This document shows, piece after piece, positions 49,833 to 62,679 of a DNA stretch of 64,000 bases (position 1 is the first letter of the stretch; every line of letters begins with the position of its first letter). Both the position numbers and the translations under genes were made by a program. The DNA comes from Camelus ferus (taxonomy: Eukaryota). Location of the stretch: assembly GCF_009834535.1 (NCBI RefSeq), contig NC_045697.1, forward strand, positions 105,960,001 to 106,024,000, in the 5' to 3' direction. The notes beneath the pieces were generated by a model that was not told where the DNA came from, did no database searches, and worked only from the letters and a program-made list of their open reading frames with translations.

Positions 49833-52299
49833 CATATTTGTTTCAAAAAGGTAAGCCTTAAGGGCTTAAGGTCCAATTTATTCATTTATCATTTACTCTT
49901 TTTTCATTCACGTATATATTTGCTTCCCCAGATTAACCTTCCATGAACTTACTACCTCTCTACCTCCATCTCCATCTCTAGACTGACATTATCTTCATAG
50001 CACCCCTCAATTTTCCTTCAGAGCACAATTCACATTTGTAATCACACTGCAGTCTTCATGACAAAGTCATCACGCCTGTTCTGGTCACGATTTACCTGTA
50101 CTACATAGTGCACTGTGCATGGCACATAATCATTGCTTTAATGACTGAAATATGAAATTTTGCACATTAAATAAGAACTTGAAACCTGCTAACACAGCAT
50201 ATAAATATATACATATAATTGTATGAAGATATACATGGAAATAATACAAATGAAGAATAGATAAGTTTGACTTTCAGTTGAAGTTTTGATCCCAAATCTT
50301 CATAATTTAAACCATGCTTCAAACCAAAAGAGATCATAGACTGATTTCAGGAAGACCATGATGTTCCTAATATATGCCAACTTTCTTTGTGTCCTATACT
50401 TTTTCTAGGAAACTATGTATAGTTGTCATCATATTTTAATGCAGTCCATGAGCCTCTGCATGACCACTACTAGACTTTGATCAAAAAGCCCCCAAATGCT
50501 AGTAGTATTCAACATAAGAATTATCCACTTGTTCACTCTCCCCGTCTAATCTGACATCAGCTTGTGTTGATAATAACACTTATAGATGAACTGAATGTGC
50601 CCTCGTGTCTCTATTTCAATTTCTACTGCTTTGGTGCAGGCACTTGTAATTTCCTGCCTGGACCAACGTCATAGCAGCCAAACTACTCTCCCCACCACCA
50701 GCAGAGAGGTGCTTACGTTCCTCCTCAGTGAATTAGTCATTCGCAGATGCTTTGCAAACAAACAACCCTGGGGTGAAGATAGAGTGCACATCTGCAATTA
50801 TTATTGTTTTACTTTCTTCCTTTTCAGTTAGTACACGTAAAAGGAATAATCAGATTCCTCTGAGCAAAATCCGTGATTAATCATATCTATACTCAGGTCT
50901 AGAACATTTTAGATGTTGAATAGTTATTTGTTTAATTGAGTGAAGCTGTACCCTTCAAATGCTGAAGTATGTGCTTTGCAAGTGGAAGAGGTTTAATAAT
51001 GTTAAACAAACAAATAATATTTCTATATGCTATGCATTCATGTGTATGCATATTCTATGTGTTCATTATTTAGGCTTTCCTTAAAGCTCTCCTAAGGGGT
51101 AAAAAGGCAAAAACCTTGAAAACAGCAGGAATTTAGGTCTACAATATGTTGCTTTAAGAAACTGATGTGTCTTAAAACCAAAGCCAATCCCCTTAGCAGA
51201 ATAAAACTCCCACATACATACAAACAGTGCAGAGTGGATGAATTTTAGCATAGTCCTGGAAGTTGCTACCCCGAAATTGCCATCTTGTTCCAAGGAGATT
51301 TCTAGATTATTTTAGTATTTTATGTAAATTTATAATAACTTGAATTCTGAAAGCTGTTTTATCAAGGATTTCAATTGTGTAGAATTAGTCCACAGGGCTT
51401 ATTCCATTTTGCTGTTTCTTGAAAACCTTAATACATATTTAGTTATGACCTAACGGAGACCTTGTTCCATAAAACCACAGAAGCTCAAGTAGCTGCTCTA
51501 CTGTGATGCCACAAGCAGCATGAAGGGCTTATCTTGTTCTTGCTTCTGGCTTCTTGTTGGGCAATTCTCAGAGGTGTTTAGCTCAGACAGCTGGATTTAT
51601 TATGTATCTTTTGGGAGACAATACATTTTCAAACAAGAAGGTCCATGCTTGGATTTGAAAAAGTCCAATACATAATTATAACTAAAGTATGGGAATAAAA
51701 GGCACTTAACCTCTTTAAAGAGCAAACCAGGGTTAGATGATCAGTGTCCACTCCCCTTACATTATGTGATACACAATAAACCATTGTTCAGCTCCAACTT
51801 CCTAAACTACATTTTGCAAAATGAATCCCAAGCCATCCATCATCCCTGGAAATGTGTTCACCGTGTTTCCAGGTGGCACTCTCCTTCCTGACACCCTGTA
51901 CTTCCCATTCAGCCATTAACTAGCTATTGGTTTTGGGCAAGTCTTTGAGGTTTGATTATATCATCTGTAAAGAGTCTAATTAATGTCTCAACTTGCATTA
52001 AGTCATGGGGGCCAAAGTAGATGTAGTATTGAGGCTGTTTCCAGTTCCAAGGTCTGTTCATCCAGAATTTACTCAGTGCTCTCAGGCTGAGTACAATCAA
52101 GCTAATTTTACTAAGATGAAAATAAAATGGGAAAACCAGTGGAGGGCACTGGTGATCATTTGGAAACACTGAACATCTTCAAAACTCTTAAAGTTCTAAA
52201 CTCTGTCCCCTTCCTTCCAATTCAGCTGCCATTGCTTTAGTTATCCTAATGTTGCTAGGGGAAAAACGTCATTAAACTTCTGATTGATATCTGCCCAAA

Positions 52300-53270
52300 A
52301 GATTAGCTAGATTCTCAGCTTGTCCCTGGTAATCACTTCAATATATTTCACTCACCTGCCATTTCTCACCTTCAGTACATCCCAAGACCTCTAAATAACT
52401 CCTAAATTTCTCAGAAATAATTATTCCCTCCTACAGATCATTGCGGGGAACTCCCTCCACTCCCCACCTGCCATGATCATCAACACACATTTTCTGAAAA
52501 TTCAACCACTTTCACGGTGTTTCCTCAAAGCTTGGAGGAAGAGGGCTTTTTGTCTCATTTCAAGTCTTGTAAACACCACTTGGTTGTGAACCCACCTTGA
52601 CCTTCCTCCTTTAAAAATATGCTTCTCTATCTTTCTCTTTCTCTTATCTATTTCTGTATTATTCCTTGTGTTCTATAAATATGGTCAAATCTCTTATACC
52701 TTAAACCTAACCAAAACAAAACAAAAGCCCCCTCCAATTTACCTTCCTTTTTGGCTACTACGCTAGTGCACCCATCTGTCTTAGTGAGGTCTTGGGAAGA
52801 AGAGCCCGCATGTGCTCAGCTCCACTCTCTTATTTTGCCCTCGTGCTCAAGACTGACCACTACAATTTCACCATAGCAGTTTGGGGGAAGGTCACCAGTA
52901 GTCTCATTTCTCAGTCTAGTAGAAATTACCCATATTTAACAGACACCACTTATTTTTGAATTTCTGAATATAGGAGTTTGCTTTACATTTCTTCCTTCTC
53001 AGGTTTGTGGGATATTTCCCACCCCTGGTTTTCTTCCTTTATTTCAGCCTTTCGTTCTTAGCCTTGAAGCGTCTTCTCTCCCTCCCTCGGCTACCTGCAC
53101 AGTAATACCCTTTCCATCCCCAACCAGGACTTTTCCCAGGCCTTTCTCTCTCCTCAGTTTCAGATATTATGATATTCCTTCCATAGATGGCTTGAACTAT
53201 CCCAAATCGACATTACATAGGCATTTCCAAGTCAACATGTTTAAAATCAGATGAGCCCCTTCCCCCAAAC
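52300..53270 (+). mobile_element. L2 fragment (highly diverged)
   Basis: Pyrimidine-rich L2-like blocks 'aaggtcaccagtagtctc', 'catatttaacagacaccact', 'aggcatttccaagtcaacatgtttaaaatc'. Confidence 0.55.
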
Positions 53271-54516
53271 ATGGACCTATTAAGAGGAAGAATACTTCGA
53301 ATAAGTTAAGAGAAAAGGTCTTTTGTGTATGCCGTACTTAAAAAGTAGCATAGCCAAATAATTTTGAAAAAAAAATTGGGAGGAATTTACAAATGAAGGG
53401 GCTAAAAATGGCTACATTCAGAAATTTGAGTGTACCTAAGCTGACACTGAGGGAAATTGCATCCCTGTCCACCAGTGGAACATTGCTTAAAACTTCTGTT
53501 CCCAGAACACTGGATGGATGGATCTTCAGTCTGACTTAAAAAGATGGATATTCCTGGACTCACAAAAATGTGAAGAAAGACATTTTATATAGTATGGAGC
53601 AGTGAATTTTCAACCCAGAATCCTGGGGATGATACCATTTTGAGGGACTATATAAAAGAATCATGTAGCTGGGATAGAAGTAAGAGGGAGACGCTAGAAG
53701 GTCTAGCTCTAGTTTGGAAAAAATGCTTCAAATATTACGATTATCTATTATCAGTGAAAAACAAATGTATTTATTTAGAGATTTCAAATAACATTAAATG
53801 AAGGCTTGGATGTTGATGTTTAGCAAGGTAGGCATGGATTTCGAAAGACTTGAATAATATCTATGTTTTCTAACAAGTAGACCCTTAAAAAAAAAAACCT
53901 CATTGTTAAACCAATTGCTAAATAAATATGGGATTTTTGAAAACAGTGTTAATCCCAAGAATTTGAGATTAAAAACAGTTTCATATAGAACTGACTTTCA
54001 TAAACTCATTTGTGAAAACAAAATTCCCCATGCAAAGGATGCTTTCCAGAGGCAAAAATTAGTCAAAGAGAGTTCCAGCCACCCCGAACATGGACCCTGA
54101 AGAATCTGTTATAATCCCCAAACTAGGATACTTGTGGTGCTGTCGTGATGTGACGTCATTTCCCAGGAAGCTCTGCAATTGGATCTAATCTTATGCTTTC
54201 ATACCCTCTGTCCACAGGTTATGACACATTTTAGTTCTGATTACAGGATTATTGTAATTAAAAGTGTTATACTTTTTAGCAGCTCTAATGTGACCTTAAT
54301 TCAGATAACTTTTTAAAGCAATTATGACAAAAGCATTCCAACAAAATATTCTGGTGAGAAGATAAAGGAGGTTAACGTAGAGGACACAAGCAGTAGGAAA
54401 ATGTAGGCATATATGGAAGTTATTTATGATGTGCTTTTTAATTGGGTCAAGAATTGATAATGGCTAACAATGTAACTCAGACCCCGTATGTTACAATATT
54501 ATCCCAAGATGACTCA

Positions 54517-55540
54517 GAATTAAAATCTTTATGCATCAAAGGACACGATCAAGAAGGTGAAAAGACAACCCATGAAATGAGAGAAAATCTTTGCAAATCA
54601 CTCATGTGACAAAAGGAAAAAAAAAAAGAACCAGTATTTGGAGTATATAAATAATTCTTACAACTCAACAATAAAAAGACAAACAACCCAATTTAAAAAT
54701 GGGCAAAATATTTGAATAGACATTTCTCCAAAGAGGATATACAAATGGCCAATAAGGACATAAAATATGCTCAACATTTTTAGTCATTAGGGAGATTCAA
54801 ATTGAAGCCACAATGAGATAGCATTTAACATGTGCTAAGATGCCTACATATTTTTTTTATAGGAAAATAGCAAGTGTTGGTGAGGATGTGGAGAAATTGG
54901 AACCCTCCCACATTGCTGGTGGGGATGTATAATGGTGCAACTGGTGTGGAAAACAATTTGACAGTTCCCTTGAAGAGTGAAGTGTAAATTTACCATATGA
55001 CCCCATAATTTCACTCCTAGATCTAAACCCAAGAGAACTAAAAACATATGTACACTGCAAAAGCTTGTACACAAATATTCACAGCACTATTATTCATAGT
55101 AGCCAAAATGTGGAAACAATCCAAATGTCCATCAAATGCTACATGGATAAACAAAATGTGTTATAGCCACAGGGTGGAATATGATTCACCCATAAAAGGA
55201 ACAAAGCATTGATACATGCTCCAATATGGATGAATCTTGAAAACATTATGCTAAGGGAAAGAAGCCAGTCACAAAAGGCCACATATGGTATGATTCCATT
55301 TATATGAACTGTCCAGAATAGGCAAATCCATAGAGACACAGATGAGATTAGTGACTGCCAAGAGATAATGGGGAGTGGGATATATGTGGTTTCTTTGGGG
55401 GATGATGAAAATATTCTGGAATTGGATAGTGATGATGCTTGTACAATATTGTGAATGTACTGAGAATCACTGAATCGTATGCTTTAAAAGGGTTAGATTG
55501 GTGAATTTATGTTCTGTGAGCTTTGTATCTATAAGATTTT
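54517..55540 (+). mobile_element. L1MB-like ORF2 end plus 3' UTR
   Basis: 'caaaggacacgatcaagaaggtgaaaagacaaccc', 'gacatttctccaaagaggatatacaaatggccaataag', 'gtccagaataggcaaatccatagagaca'. Confidence 0.92.
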
Positions 55541-57626
55541 TTTTAAGTAATTAGAATGTTGTCTTGATTCAGCTTCAGAAGGCACAAATGAGCATACATC
55601 TAAATAATCATTTCTTTGTGATTAGTCCTCTGATATTTCTAGTTGGGCCTCTGGTAAAATGATTCATCAAAAGAAGTCATTGTTGATAAAACATAAGTGT
55701 ACATAAGTACCCTTTTCTAGACAAGCATTCCATCAGGAAACTAGACACAGTATAGATATTAGAAGTAGAGAAGGAATTGATGCAAGGAGTTTCATGTGTT
55801 AAAAATAATTGAGCATTGAAAAGTTGAGTGAAAATACAGGAAAACCAATACTCTCTCTCTAGAATACCACCGATTTCCACTGAATCAGGAAGTTACTCTG
55901 GACACCTCGGTTGGGAACTGTGGCAAACTTCTACCAAATGCCCCAGTTGTCTGAAGTACTCAGACCAGTGATGCCTGAGGGCTGCTGCAAAATCTCCTGC
56001 TTCCCAAGGGCCCATGCTTCTGCCCAGCCTTGAGCAACTTTCTTTGGCAGAATGTAAATTGCAACTAGAATCTTGGAGGTAAGAGGATCTGGGAGCTGTA
56101 GTTGATAACTTTCAGGTCTGGTAAAGAGGGGAAAGCATAGAAAGGAGTAGAGTTCTATTGTAATTGCCAAAAGATATATCTAGTACATTTTCCAAGAGTT
56201 AACTGTAGATAAAGTAGTTTAAATCCTCACAAAGATTGTCAGATGTTAACCCCAATGTGCATGGATGTTAATTCTCATAAGAGCTATGGAAGTTAATATA
56301 ATTATTTAGGTTTATTTGGGACAGGTTTTTCCTTTCACCAGTTCTCATTCTTTCACAGGAAATTCCACTTTCTCCAAAACAATGGACCACCGAGTCACCT
56401 GGCAGGTAGGTCTTTCTAGAAGACAAAAGTTGAAATGAAATCTATATGTCCTTAGTTAATTTCAAGCTTACTATGCAAAGTTTTTGTCTTGTTTTATTTT
56501 GTTTTTGTTTGTTTGTCTTGATGATGATTGTTCTCAGTCTAAATTTCTGGGACAACCTAACTAACCTGGATTATGTTGAAACCTGGTATCTGAAAGTAAA
56601 ACAAATGTGTGTGGGAGAGATAGGGTTTGAATCACTATTCAGAAGTAGTAATTTTTAGCTGAATTCCTTAAGATGAATTTAGGTTTGGGAAGATTGTCAG
56701 TTTTGCTAAAGAGTTTATATTTGCATGATTTTCTTGAAGTATATTTTACATGAAGTCAATTTACAATATATGAAATTAAAAACTAACAAAATCATCTCTT
56801 TGCAACAGATATTGGAAGGCAGGATCATTTCATTTGTAGATTTTAGACAAAATGGGGCATGATCTTTTTAAGTTACAAACTGTAAAGCTAGTATAATTTC
56901 TGCATGGGTACTTTTGACATTATAACCTAATTATATTTATACTAGACCCCTTATGTTTGGAACAGAATGTTTCCAGATTAATTTTGGACAAATTTTTGAA
57001 AGAAGAGTAGGTTGCAGTTTACTTAGACCATAAATAATAGAATCAAGAGAACGTAATCTGCTTTGAACTACAGATCTCTAAATCAGCATGAAGTGCTAGC
57101 TAATACTTAGAATTTTACTGAAGTCTCTTTGAAGAATCTAGGATAATATTTTGGCCTTTTTCCTCTGCAGAATGACCTCATCATTGGCTCGTGAAGTAGG
57201 TGAAATAATGCTAATAATTTATGGAAGCTATTTTAATACAAATTTATTTGAGTTGGAAAACATTGCAGGTAGGTATATTTCTTGTCTCTAAACATGTAAG
57301 AGAAACCTTGTGACATAGCAGTAGTAGTAATGATGTAATATTTGCTTTTATTTTATACCCTCTTGATTTCCAACCTCAGACTAAAATTTTCAAAAGCAAA
57401 AAGTAAAAGAACAATTTTTTAAAAGGTAAAATGAGAGAGATACCTCAGAATGGATTATAAATTAATTAGGACACTTCACATAGTAATTATTCACCTCTAA
57501 AATAAAATAAAAATTTGAAAACATTAGTGTCAAATTTCAAAACAGAGAGAGCTATTTATTTCTATAACTGAAGAATGTCAGATGACTATCATAGGGGCTA
57601 AGATCTTAAATATTTGTTCATTGTAT

Positions 57627-58091
57627 TGTTACGGAAATGACAGGCCAGTCAAGAAACAAGCACCACTCGGAGGGTTGGAGTACTCAGATGTATTATGCCG
57701 GCGGGCTCAGAGGGGCTTCTGCTCCGAAGGTCTGAGCACCTCCAAGATGTGCACATGAGGTTTTATAGGGTAAAGTACAAGCTTGGGGTATTCGGCCAAT
57801 AGGCATGGAACAGCTTTAGCAGCATTATCATCACAAAAGTGGAGGTGGGGAGGCAGCAAACCAACATTCCAAAGCCAGATATGTATCTTTGAAAATCCAG
57901 CTGGCTAGCAAAAAAACATAAACAGCAAACCAACACTGATTAACTTAGATTTACAAGTTGGTCCAGCAGAACTCAGATCAGTATTCCAATACTTAGATTT
58001 GTGAGTTATCTTGTTAGCCCAGCCCAGCCTCTCCTTCACATTCCTAGACCTGTGAGTTATCTTGTTAGACCAGCCCAGCTTTCCCTTCACA
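57627..58091 (-). mobile_element. Young ERV1/gammaretrovirus-like solo LTR inserted in an L2 3' end
   Basis: TG...CA termini; exact 4-bp TSD GTAT at 57623-57626 and 58092-58095; minus-strand TATAAAA at 57761-57767; CCAAT at 57796-57800; several CpGs retained. Confidence 0.9.
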
Positions 58092-58959
58092 GTATCCCAG
58101 CACTAGGCTGGAATGCTCAATTTAAAAATGTGTTGAATGATTGTAAGACATAAATATTGTTAATAGGTTACAGTGTCAATGAAGATTTATCACTCAAGAT
58201 CAAAACAATGTTTCTTATTAAGTATAGTAGATTAGCACACGTTGGCCTTGCAGCAAACGATAATCTAGCGTACTTTTACTTTACATTGAACATAACATTT
58301 CTTTCTAAAACAAAGACTCTGTCTTAATAAAGATTATGGGTTATTACCTCTTTGGATAATATGCAATATTTTCTCCTCCACCACATTTCTTATTATTTCT
58401 GTATGTAGTCTTTATTATGGGGAAAAACAGGTTTGATACACAAGCAAACAAGAAACATTTAATAAATGTGAAACAGAAGGGAAAATTCTGTATCCTTTTG
58501 CAGTATGAATGAGTCACTAAGGTCCATTCCTTACTACCAATTCCTTTCAAAGTTCTTGCTCAATAGCTGAGTGATTAGCTCCTTGAGGCCTCTGTGAGCC
58601 TCTCCCCTGCTAGTGAGGAATCTGGTCCAGGAAAATTCCTATCTTCTGTCAACCCCTACTGTTAGAAGAGTATCATTTTTAAAGCAAAAGACCTTAGAAT
58701 TCAATCAAAAGCATCCATGAGAATTTAGAAACTATCATTAAATTTGACTACCTAGCTAGCACACAAACAAAAATAATTTGACAGATGAGAATAGACAATG
58801 GATTTGTTAAATATCAGCCTGTCTTTTAAAAGATGACTTGAAAATAATGTTTTGTCAGGTTTTAGAGTTAAATAAAATAAAACTGTTTTTTTAACTTGGA
58901 TTTCTCATTGATGTCCCTAGACTTTAACTAGCCTCACTCATGAACGAGGCTCAAAATTG

Positions 58960-59290
58960 AGAAGAAGAGCATGACCCTTTATCCAGAAACGAATAGAGAG
59001 AAAATCAAGAGAGCCTGAGAGTCACAGAAATGGTGGGGAGAGGTTTTTTCCTAAGAAAAAGCGAATTCAACAATGTCTGTGGCTGCTGAGATGCCAAAGA
59101 ATGAAAGAACTGAAAAACTGCCCTTTTGATTTGGTGACATGGGGATTGCTGATGACCAAGGTAAAGTGAATTTTCAGTGTGGCTGAGGATTAAGGGAAGC
59201 CAATGACTGACTTAAAGAGTAAGGGAGGGAGAAATGAACAAGTGGAGAAAGCAAAGATCAAAACTGTTTGTGAATGTCTATCAATGAAAA
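58960..59290 (-). mobile_element. L2 fragment
   Basis: 'gctgctgagatgccaaagaatgaaagaactgaaaaactgcccttttgatttggtgacatggggattgctgatgacc'. Confidence 0.7.
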
Positions 59291-59299
59291 GAAGACAAA

Positions 59300-61490
59300 T
59301 GGGAAAGTAATTATGGCCCCAATTTCCTTTGACTCTTCTCCACTGAGGGCTGGGGTCTATGTCCCACCCCTAGAATTCTTTACTCTGTCAGTGTTTGACA
59401 ATAGTACATGCTGTGCCAGTTTCCAGAACTGGGTCTTAAGAAAATGGCAGCTTCTACTTCTTGTTTCTTGGAAAAATAGGCACCATTCTGTGGAAAAAAC
59501 CCAAAGTCATACTGCAGAGAGATGGAAATGGAAAAGAACCAACCGAGAGCACCAAGCTTTCGGCCATTCAGGGAGCCATCTTGGAAGTGCATCTTCCAGC
59601 TTTGGTTGAGCTGCTCCAATTGATACGATGAGAGGTGATCTGCCCTCACCCAGCCCTGCCCAAACTGTAGACCTGTGAACAAGAGAAAAGATTATTGTTT
59701 GAGCCATTAAGTTTTGAGATGGTTTGAGCACTGATGCAGATGTTTGCGCTGGAAGTGATATGCTGCTGTTACAAAAACCTAAACATCATTGACTTTAGAA
59801 TTGGACAGTTATCAGAAGCTGGAAGGACATTGAGAAGTCTGCTTGTGGAAGCCTGGAAAATTCAAGCAGAGTGTTATTTAAAGCCTCCAGGGATGAGGAG
59901 AATGTTAGTCTAAAGGGCTTCATAATGCTGTTGGTGAGGGCTGAAAATAAGAAAAATACCATTGAAAGCTGGTAGAAGAGGGACTCCTTATATATGGAAG
60001 AAATTTGGTAACACTGTCACCTGCAGAAATGTGGAAATAGGAACCCACTTACTGAATTCAATTACATCTCTAGCTAAGGAGATTTTCCAGGCAAAATGTT
60101 GGAGGTCCTGCTGACTTCCTCTAGCTATTTATTATCAAATTAAAGAGGAGAAGGATGAGCTAAAAAGGGAACTATTGAGTTTTTGAGCAAAATTTAGAGG
60201 AAATATAAATTATTCAGGATCTGTGAGGCTCAAAAATAAAAGTGTCTTACTCCCAGGCTCACTAGATGACAAAATATTCTCAAATTAAAATATGGCTTAC
60301 ACAAAAAGGTCAAATCCGCGGTGGGCCTTTAAGCCCCTTCATTAAGACATGATGAAAATTTAAGACAATGTCTCACAGAGCCTTTCAAAAGAACAAAAGA
60401 CTTTCTAAAAATGTTAAAGGCATGCCTCATAGACCCTCCCTGTTAACTAATAGGGCTTCTAAGAAAATTAAGGGTATGGCCCCTCAGTGGTCCACCATGG
60501 AGCAGGGTTTATCTCTGATAAATTTTTGGTTGTAGCTTTTCTTCTGGTGGTGTGAACCCCAATAAGGTTTATAGAAAATCTGCACAGGTTTAAGGATCAT
60601 GGTTCTGGAAGACTATACTACAAGCTTGAACTAAAAGAAACAGAGACATTACAAAATGAAAAGAAGCGTTTAGACCCTCAACCTATGCCTTCTAATGGGC
60701 AAGAAGCAGCTGAGGAGGAAACTCAGTGGCAAAATCTGTTTACTTTGTAAAAGGAAGAATGATTCAGTGGTCAGGACCAAAAGCTCAGAGGGTAGAGCTA
60801 AGTGCAACAGAGAATCGTTCACAGGACTAGGAGCAAGACTGGACTCTAATCAAGGAACTTAAGAATCATTATGGACCAGTCAAAGTTGCATCCATTTTCA
60901 CCTATTTTGAATGCATTCTCACTTTTAATGGGCATATCTACTGTGACTATCCTATGCCCACTCCAGCACTGCACACTGATTGTATGGGCGGTAGGGGAAA
61001 ATCACCTGTTTCTTTAGTTCACAGGTTTCAATTCAGGAGGAGCTGTGCCCCCAAAGCTTATTTATACCTGGACCTGACATCCATGACCTGATCCTGAAAC
61101 TCTGACTTGAGCCTGATCCCTTAATGAAATGAGATGTTTTGGTGAGAAGGGGTGCTGGGACGATGTGAGTGCATTTTGCACCTGGGTTGAATACAAATTA
61201 ATTTGTGGCCATGGATGGACTATAGAAGTTTTAAATAATGGTTCCAACATACTTTTGACATATAGAGGTAGAGTCTATTGTATCTTTTTGCCTTCATCTG
61301 GGTTATTACTGTTTGATCAATATATGATGACACTGTCTCAGCTTCTGGGCTTAGCCCTTAAGAAACTAGCAGCTTCGCTCCCCTAAAACTCGATCTTGGA
61401 ACCCTGCACCATGCTTGAGAGGAAACTCAGACAGCAGGTGGAGAAGCCCAAGAGGAAAACGCTGAAGCCCCAGGCCCACAGAAGCCAGAA
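59300..61490 (+). mobile_element. MLT1H-type MaLR provirus: 5' LTR about 59300-59735, internal about 59736-61220, partial 3' LTR about 61221-61490
   Basis: Both LTRs begin with similar 'atgg..ccaa...ctttgac...gagg..g.gtctat' sequence; internal start 'ctggaagtgatatgctgctgttacaaaaacctaaa'; internal end 'gtgagtgcattttgca...aatttgtggccatggatggac'. Confidence 0.8.
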
Positions 61491-62014
61491 AACTTGAAAG
61501 TCAATGCACACTTCTCTCCCTTACCACACACAACCAGCCACATATCATTAGTGTACTTTCATAAAAATTACTAATTTTATCACACACATAAGAATGAATG
61601 TAATACACATGTACCATAAAGAATATGTGTAAGTACCCACACCCCGACTTTCAGAAAAAGATCAGAAGCATAGAGTGCCCTGTTTGCTCCCCACAATACA
61701 CTCTTACTCCCTCACTCCAAAGGTCACTAAGAATCCTGAAGTATGTGTTAGATAATTACCTTCTTTTCATCCGAGTTTTGATTTTCTTTTATATATCCCT
61801 CTAGAATATATATTTATTATTCTCTGATTTCTCTTTATATAAGTATAATAGTATATTATTCATCCTCTGTAACATATTTTGTTCAAAGTATTCGAGATCT
61901 CTCAATGTTACTCTGTGCAGCTGTATTTTATTTGCATTACAGTTTTGTAATAGAAATTTTTTTAGACTCTGTTAACATTTGTTGATAGCCTTTAGTTCTG
62001 GACTTGGGTCCCTA

Positions 62015-62385
62015 AGAGAACAGATTGGTGGTTGCCAGAGACAGGGAGTGGGGATGTGAGAATTGGGTGACAGTGGTCAAAAGGTCCAAATTTCCAATTA
62101 TAAGATAAATAAGTTTGAGGGATGTAATGTACAGTATGATGACTACATTTTTACAATACCTGTATTGTATTATAAGTTGATAAGAGAATAGATCTTGAAA
62201 ATTCTTGTCACAAGGAAAAATTGTAATTATGTGAGGTGATGAATGTTAAGTAAAAGTACTCTGGTAATCATTTAACAATATATACATACATCAGGTCATT
62301 ATTTTGTATACCTTAAACTTACATGACATTATATGCCAGTTATATCTCAATAAAACTTGAAAAAAGAGAAAAAAGGAAAAAAATC
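62015..62385 (+). mobile_element. L1MA9-like 3' UTR end
   Basis: 'gagaacagattggtggttgccagag', 'gtggtcaaaaggtccaaatttcca', 'atgtgaggtgatgaatgttaa', 'tatatctcaataaaacttgaaaaa'. Confidence 0.85.
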
Positions 62386-62679
62386 TCCTGCTAGTGTTTA
62401 GATTTTTGAGTTTCTTTTTGTATTATTGTCATTGTTTGTTTTACATTTTAAGATAAGTGATTATGGTTTTCATTTTATTTTTAGTAAATAATATTAATAT
62501 TACATATGTATGCATATTAATTTGTTTAGCATATGTAAATATATCTTTAACTCTTCTCATTGTTTCATATGTGCCTCCTTTAAAAAGATTACAGATGAAT
62601 TTTTTATAAATTTAATATTCCCTGGATTATAATTGATTTATTTCTGTATAGTTATTGAAAATATTAATATATTTATCAT

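Noticed and set aside
57994..58091. CRISPR-like direct repeats
   Set aside because: Only two units with no unique spacers, inside a retroviral LTR in mammalian DNA.
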